Source: Paraspadella gotoi (lineage: Eukaryota; Animalia; Chaetognatha). Taken from it: DNA of 64,000 nucleotides. Of the stretch, positions 58,159 to 64,000 are shown piece after piece (positions within the stretch are counted from its first letter, which is position 1; every line of letters starts with the position of its first letter). The stretch covers positions 11,025,950-11,089,949 of the forward strand of contig CM119266.1 of NCBI GenBank assembly GCA_051294375.1. The letters are read 5' to 3'. The notes beneath the pieces were generated by a model. It saw nothing but the letters and a program-made list of their open reading frames with translations. It was not told where the DNA came from and did not search any database. The position numbers and the translations under genes are program-made.

Positions 58159-58649
58159 CATTTCAATTCCCGATTCATTCCATTTCCCTTTTGTTTCTTT
58201 GTTTTCGTCCNNNNNNNNNNNNNNNNNNNNNNNNNNNNNNNNNNNNNNNNNNNNNNNNNNNNNNNNNNNNNNNNNNNNNNNNNNNNNNNNNNNNNNNNNN
58301 NNNNNNNNNNNNNNNNNNNNNNNNNNNNNNNNNNNNNNNNNNNNNNNNNNNNNNNNNNNNNNNNNNNNNNNNNNNNNNNNNNNNNNNNNNNNNNNNNNNN
58401 NNNNNNNNNNNNNNNNNNNNNNNNNNNNNNNNNNNNNNNNNNNNNNNNNNNNNNNNNNNTACCGGTTAAAAACATTCGCTGTTACTTCTCTTTCCAGATC
58501 CCCCATTAATAAAAAAAGCCCATTACTGTTTTATTTCTTTCTCCCTATTTTTTTTAGAATTTAAAAAAAAAAATTTGCCTCAACTCCATTTATTTTTTTT
58601 TATCCCGATTCTTTCCCTTTTATTGAAAAATCCTCGATATGAAAAAAAA

Positions 58650-58800
58650 AGATGTGAGGGGCGTTTTCGTGGCGAGCGGAGGGGCGTGGCAGCTCGCGTG
58701 TGTATTTTCTTTCTTCTTTTTTTTTTATTCAGAAATAGTCCGACCAATCGGGAAACGGAATCGGAGAATTTCAGCCAATCAGGATTCGACATCGGACGAC
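58650..58800. promoter_or_regulatory. Candidate promoter: GC/KLF boxes plus two CCAAT boxes 31 bp apart, ~4 kb upstream of the PCBP-like exon
   Basis: gaggggcgtt and gaggggcgtggc, then gaCCAATcg (58744-58748) and agCCAATca (58775-58779). Confidence 0.4.
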
Positions 58801-59066
58801 CATATTATTTTATATTATTTTTTTTTTCAACGACGGATTTCGGTCACCCGTCGGACCGAATCGCGTTTATAAATCAATGAAAACAAATATAGTTAAAATA
58901 AAATCTCTTTACATTCTTCTCTCATTCACCCCAATTCAACCTCTCATTCTCTCCTCGTTCATCTCTCATTTTCCCGTCATTCGCCACTCATTTGTACCAT
59001 TCGGGGTCAGACAGCGTCACGGACAATTGTTCCATCGCTAGCCCGCGCTCCACTCCCTCTCGTTCA

Positions 59067-59135
<69 letters not shown>

Positions 59136-59684
59136 AATGCAAATGAAATCGTCAAATACGCGGTATCTTTTCACTTTGGGTCCCCTTTATGGAGCGGGAG
59201 TCACGGGTGGATCGGGATGGGCACGGAGCCCGAGGGAGACGAAGTCCACAGCTGACCAGCTAGCGGGCGAAGGGGCAGACCGGCGGAACGCNNNNNNNNN
59301 NNNNNNNNNNNNNNNNNNNNNNNNNNNNNNNNNNNNNNNNNNNNNNNNNNNNNNNNNNNNNNNNNNNNNNNNNNNNNNNNNNNNNNNNNNNNNNNNNNNN
59401 NNNNNNNNNNNNNNNNNNNNNNNNNNNNNNNNNNNNNNNNNNNNNNNNNNNNNNNNNNNNNNNNNNNNNNNNNNNNNNNNNNNNNNNNNNNNNNNNNNNN
59501 NNNNNNNNNNNNNNNNNNNNNNNNNNNNNNNNNNNNNNNNNNNNNNNNNNNNNNNNNNNNNNNNNNNNNNNNNNCCACCCCTTCTCCCGACCAAACACCG
59601 ACTCGCCCTTCCATTCCGCCAAGCCGTCCGCCTCCGTCCCGAATGAATTCTCCCGCCGATGATATGAAATGATGTGAGATTACA

Positions 59685-59763
<79 letters not shown>

Positions 59764-62109
59764 GTGGTGTCGCTGACTCATATAACTGGACCCTTAGTCA
59801 TTAACTATCGCTTCTACGAGTTGGCTGGAAGAAGGATTCATTACGTGTATATCATCGGCAAAAACCTCTCGCCTTCATTTCTAGTTACATACGGAAAACA
59901 AAGAGAGGCGAGAGGGATGTAATTCGTGGAAGCAGTGAGGCGCGTGATAAAGGAGGAAGGCAAAAAACGTCAATAAGGAATGAATGGAAATAAGAAAGAT
60001 AAGGNNNNNNNNNNNNNNNNNNNNNNNNNNNNNNNNNNNNNNNNNNNNNNNNNNNNNNNNNNNNNNNNNNNNNNNNNNNNNNNNNNNNNNNNNNNNNNNN
60101 NNNNNNNNNNNNNNNNNNNNNNNNNNNNNNNNNNNNNNNNNNNNNNNNNNNNNNNNNNNNNNNNNNNNNNNNNNNNNNNNNNNNNNNNNNNNNNNNNNNN
60201 NNNNNNNNNNNNNNNNNNNNNNNNNNNNNNNNNNNNNNNNNNNNNNNNNNNNNNNNNNNNNNNNNNNNNNNNNNNNNNNNNNNNNNNNNNNNNNNNNNNN
60301 NNNNNNNNNNNNNNNNNCACTACAGACCCTCTAATATGGATACGAATCGTGAAAATTATGGTAAATGAGTTCTCTTTTTTTTTGTCTTGAGAGATAAAAA
60401 GATATTGAGGGAGAAGAAATGGACTCCTTCATTCGGTGAGAATGGACGAAGGCTTTTCGAGAGGAGTCGGGTTAAGATACTAAGTTTGAGAGGAGGGTTC
60501 CAATTGAGAGAAAGGATATTCTTTCCGAGGTGACCGTTCCTCAGGCGTGAGGAAAGTGACGAGGTGATGGGCTGCGCGCGCATCCAGACCCACTCGCGCT
60601 TTTGGACAAAGTTTGTTTTTAGCGCCTGAGAATCTACGGAGGCGCACTTTTAGATCGGCTCGGCAATAAAATGGAGAAAATGATATGAGATGCGGAATGA
60701 TTTTTTAGTTGGACACCAGCGCCTTCGGATGCCAGCGGCTCTTCGGCTCAAGTTGGCAGTAGAGATGCAGAGAGAAGACTTTTTGAGCACCGAGAGATCG
60801 AGCAGAGAGGAGACGAGAGATGGAGAACCAGAACGCGAAAGAAAAAAAAGAGAGGCGAGTGACGAACAGCAGTGAGGTTTGAGAAGAGAGACAAGTGGCG
60901 TTTTTCAACTAGAGGGCCCACTCCTCGTCGCCGTCCCCTTCGTCTATCGCCCAAAAACCTAGAGGGATGGAAGATGAAATTTCCGATGGGGAAAATATAT
61001 GGAAGAAAGAGGTTGCGGAAAATTCTATCAGAGTTTTCACATTTTTTATCGGAGTTATCGTCGGCATAATAACTTTCACAGAGAAGAGTGAATAGCACCA
61101 AGACGAGTATATTATCTCTGATCTTTGAGATTTTTAAAAGAAAAAAAAGGGATTATGAAGAACAATTCAAAAGTAGATAATTCCAATTATAGATGTCGGG
61201 TGTAAAACGGTTTCTCGGAAGAATGTGCGAGTTTCTACTGGTAATAGTGATAATGAGAGTATTACGCAATTATTTAGTCATTGAAATATAAAAAGATACA
61301 AAGAACCTCGCTACGCTTTAATGAAGTCGCACATATGAGATTTATTAATATGAAGTATAATAAAAACGATCCGATTTAATAAAATACTTAATGTAAACTA
61401 TCATTCCCTTTCAGTTTTTGTTATTCAAAGTGCGCCAGAAATATCAGACAAAAATCAAAATGTCAAATCAAACTTTTACAAATAGTTTTAATTTCACTTT
61501 CATCATAATAAATAGAGTACATAGTTGGGCGATCAAAGTTTCCCCTTTCCTCAGTTTTTACCGAAGGTAAGTTCACCTCCACACCCGACGATACATATTG
61601 ATCTTTATCGTCACGACTTCCGGAGCCCCGCCATCATTCTGAGAGAGAGAGAGAGACGACAGAATTACCTGCATAAAGAGATGATGAAGGATGGAGACGG
61701 AGATCGCAACGGAAAGGGCAATCTATCTATGGGCTCAAAAGTCACCGGAAGTCACGACCTATGTCTGACTTAATACCCACGTCGTGCGTGCGTACTGCGT
61801 CGTCGTCGTCGTCGAGCTGATGTCTCGAGAGGATGTTGTCCTGTCGTCGCCTCCTTAATTCGACCTCGAGATCGAGATTGAGAGAGAGACTTGAATGGTT
61901 AGAGAGAGTAGATGATTTGTGATGTATAATTACAATGAGAGAGTGAGAGCGCCGTAATTTGCGTTGACGCCAATGATCCACGTCACGCGTCCGCCTATCG
62001 AGCACTGGAGAGAACGCTTACACCGATTTTTTTTCTCTTCGTTTTCTGTCGAAAACTCATAGATTTGATTACGTTTGTGATTGTGATGTCGTTGCATGAC
62101 GGAAATTTA

Positions 62110-63268
62110 AGCGTTCTAGTTGGTTGAGGCGACTTCGCCTATGGCGATATCGCCAGGGCTTTGGCGATGTCGCCCAGTCCCCCCCACTGGGCCGAACCTC
62201 GCCAGTGATAAATAGTAGCGAATATAATTGAAAAGCGCAGCTAACACGGCGGTATGAAATCACCTACAGCTCCTTCTCCCAACCTAACCGTAAAGCGCAA
62301 GCCTCCCGTGTCAACTCTTGCCTCTCCCCTAACCCTAACCCCGGGCCTTGGGCCTCCCTATAACATCTCTCATGCCTCTACTCCTAACCCTAACCGCCTT
62401 CGATGCATCAACCACGGGCCCCTCCCCCAACCCTAACCCTTAAACCAAGCCTCCCGTTCAACTCCATGCACTCTCCCCTAATACCCTAACCGAGGCCCGG
62501 CCTCTCCGTACATCATCCTTGCCTCCACAACCCTAACCCTAAACCGCCTTCGATGCATCAACGCTATGGGTTCCCTCCCCCATACCTAACCCTAAACCTA
62601 AGGCCTCCCGTTCAACTCCTTGCCTCTCCCCTAACCCTAACGCCAGGCCGGCCTCCCGTACATCTCCGTACCTAACCCTAACCCTAACCGCCTCGATGCA
62701 TCAACCATGGGTCCCTCCCCCAACCCTGAACCTAACCAGCCTCCTGTTCAACTCCATGCCTCTCCCCTAACCCTAACCCAGCCCGGCCTCCCGTACATCT
62801 CCGTACCTCAACCCTAACCCTAATCGCCTTCATATATAACCCACGGGCCTCTCTCCCACCCTAACCCTAAACCGGGCCCAGGCCTCCCGTACATCTCCGT
62901 GCTTCAACCCTAATGTCCCTCGCCAGTACCTTCCCTAAGCCTAACCCTAACGCGGGCCTCTTGGTCATCAACAACACCCTCCCTACCCCTATCCCTAAAA
63001 TTGACATTAATAATAAGCCTAAAATAAACTTAAACTTAACTCAACCCTAACCCTAACCCTAAATACTCAACCCGTAATCCTAAACTACTTCAACCCTAAC
63101 CCTATACTGTTTTACCCAGCTCATACCCTAACCCTAAACTATTCAACCCTTTTTAACCCTAACTACTACCAACTGCAACCCTAACCCTAACAACAACTCA
63201 ACCCATAACCCTAAACGCCCTATCTGAGTTTTAGTTTAGGGCGATCAATCGCCATACACTAGAACGCT
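62110..63268. mobile_element. Putative non-autonomous DNA element (MITE- or Helentron/HINE-like) with an internal CCCTAA-rich tandem array
   Basis: Inverted ends AGCGTTCTAGT (62110-62120) and ACTAGAACGCT (63258-63268), each with adjacent GGCGA..TCGCC mini-palindromes. Internal ~145-150 bp tandem units are built around AACCCTAACCCT. No coding capacity and no clear TSD. Confidence 0.5.
62299..62900 (+). repeat. ~145-150 bp tandem repeat (about 4 units) containing telomere-like CCCTAA motifs
   Basis: Unit start a(a)gcctcc(c)gt(g)tcaactc recurs at ~62299, ~62447, ~62601 and ~62738; cgcc(t)tcgatgcatcaac recurs at ~62395, ~62545 and ~62689. Confidence 0.9.
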
Positions 63269-63445
63269 AGATGTAGTTCACAGCTAAATCGCCAAATGGC
63301 GTGACCGGATCGATCGATCGATCGATCTCCCGCTAGGAAAGCGTTCAGACTGGACGTAAACCGCCTTGAGGGTCGGTGCGTCGAAATGAGAGCCTTAAGC
63401 TCAAGGCCTGCGGAGTTTTCGCGCGGAAAGCCTTTCGCAAGCTTG

Positions 63446-63560
63446 GAACTACAGTCCTAGCGTTCTAGCGCTGTTCCATTACAGTTTGGCAGATTTCGCC
63501 TAAACTAAACCAATTAGGGTTAGGGGTTAGGGTTGAGTTGGTTCCTTAGGGTTTAGGGTG
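63446..63560 (-). repeat. Inverted copy of the element's right end (TTAGGG-rich)
   Basis: gaactaca..ctagcgttctag...tcgcctaaactaaa...ttagggttaggggttagggttgagttg is the approximate reverse complement of ~63190-63279. Confidence 0.8.
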
Positions 63561-64000
63561 AAGGGGTTCAGAAGATACGGATAAGTGGTCTTCAGCCCCC
63601 CCATTAGCATCTTAGTAGTAGTTCTAGGAGCATACGTTAGTGTGTATTTTCGCTTTTGTAGTCCTAGTTGTATAGCACTATCGCAATCGTGTTGGTCAGG
63701 CAGTGTACATGTTGGTAGTTATGTGTTTAAGGTAGTTTTATTGTGTAGGTATTGAGAGATAGCCAATTTTATGGTTAGGTGTGTACAAGTAGTTTAGGGA
63801 TTTTGGTAGTTCTAATATTTCAATTATCAGATTCATTGAGTGTGTTAGGCTTCGATTCTGTTGAGTCTTTATTGTTAAGTTTATTCTAGGGTCGACTTAT
63901 TATTAATTGGCGCTCATATTTAGGGATTAGCGGTCATGTAAAGTGAGCGAAGGGTTTTGTTGATGAACCAAAAGGCCGCGTAGGTTAGGCTTAGGAAGGT

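Noticed and set aside
62270-63560. True telomere or telomere-fusion site
   Set aside because: CCCTAA motifs are short and embedded in ~145-bp units, not a long pure array. The order on + is CCCTAA then TTAGGG, the opposite of a head-to-head end fusion (TTAGGG then CCCTAA).

Overview
Eukaryotic, probably invertebrate animal, genomic scaffold. It is gene-poor and mostly intronic or intergenic, dense in microsatellites ((AG/CT)n, (TTTC)n, (TCG/ACG)n, (ATT)n, (CTT)n), shows no obvious CpG depletion, and has about 22 N-gaps. Almost all ORFs in the track are artefacts of simple repeats or N runs. The one recognisable gene piece is a minus-strand first coding exon at 54538-54663 (M...MLTIRFIMQGK|GTGAGT). 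It matches the start of KH1 of a poly(rC)-binding protein (PCBP/hnRNP E, Drosophila mub-like); I could not confidently find the later exons. Two in-phase plus-strand exons (3071-3148, 3490-3606) look like the 3' end of an unidentified gene. Other structure: a ~5.25 kb tandem duplication (20.9-31.6 kb) and a ~0.55 kb one (45.0-46.7 kb), both next to exact 25-N gaps and probably long-read gap-filling artefacts; a palindromic ~21-bp minisatellite at 34.35-34.96 kb; a CCCTAA-rich element with inverted ends and a partial fold-back copy at 62.1-63.6 kb; and several clusters of candidate transcription-factor motifs (TCACGTGA triplet, RFX X-boxes, CCAAT pairs 31 bp apart, CGTCA cluster, YY1 triplet). 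I found no convincing evidence of a new biological system; the best leads are listed with tests.
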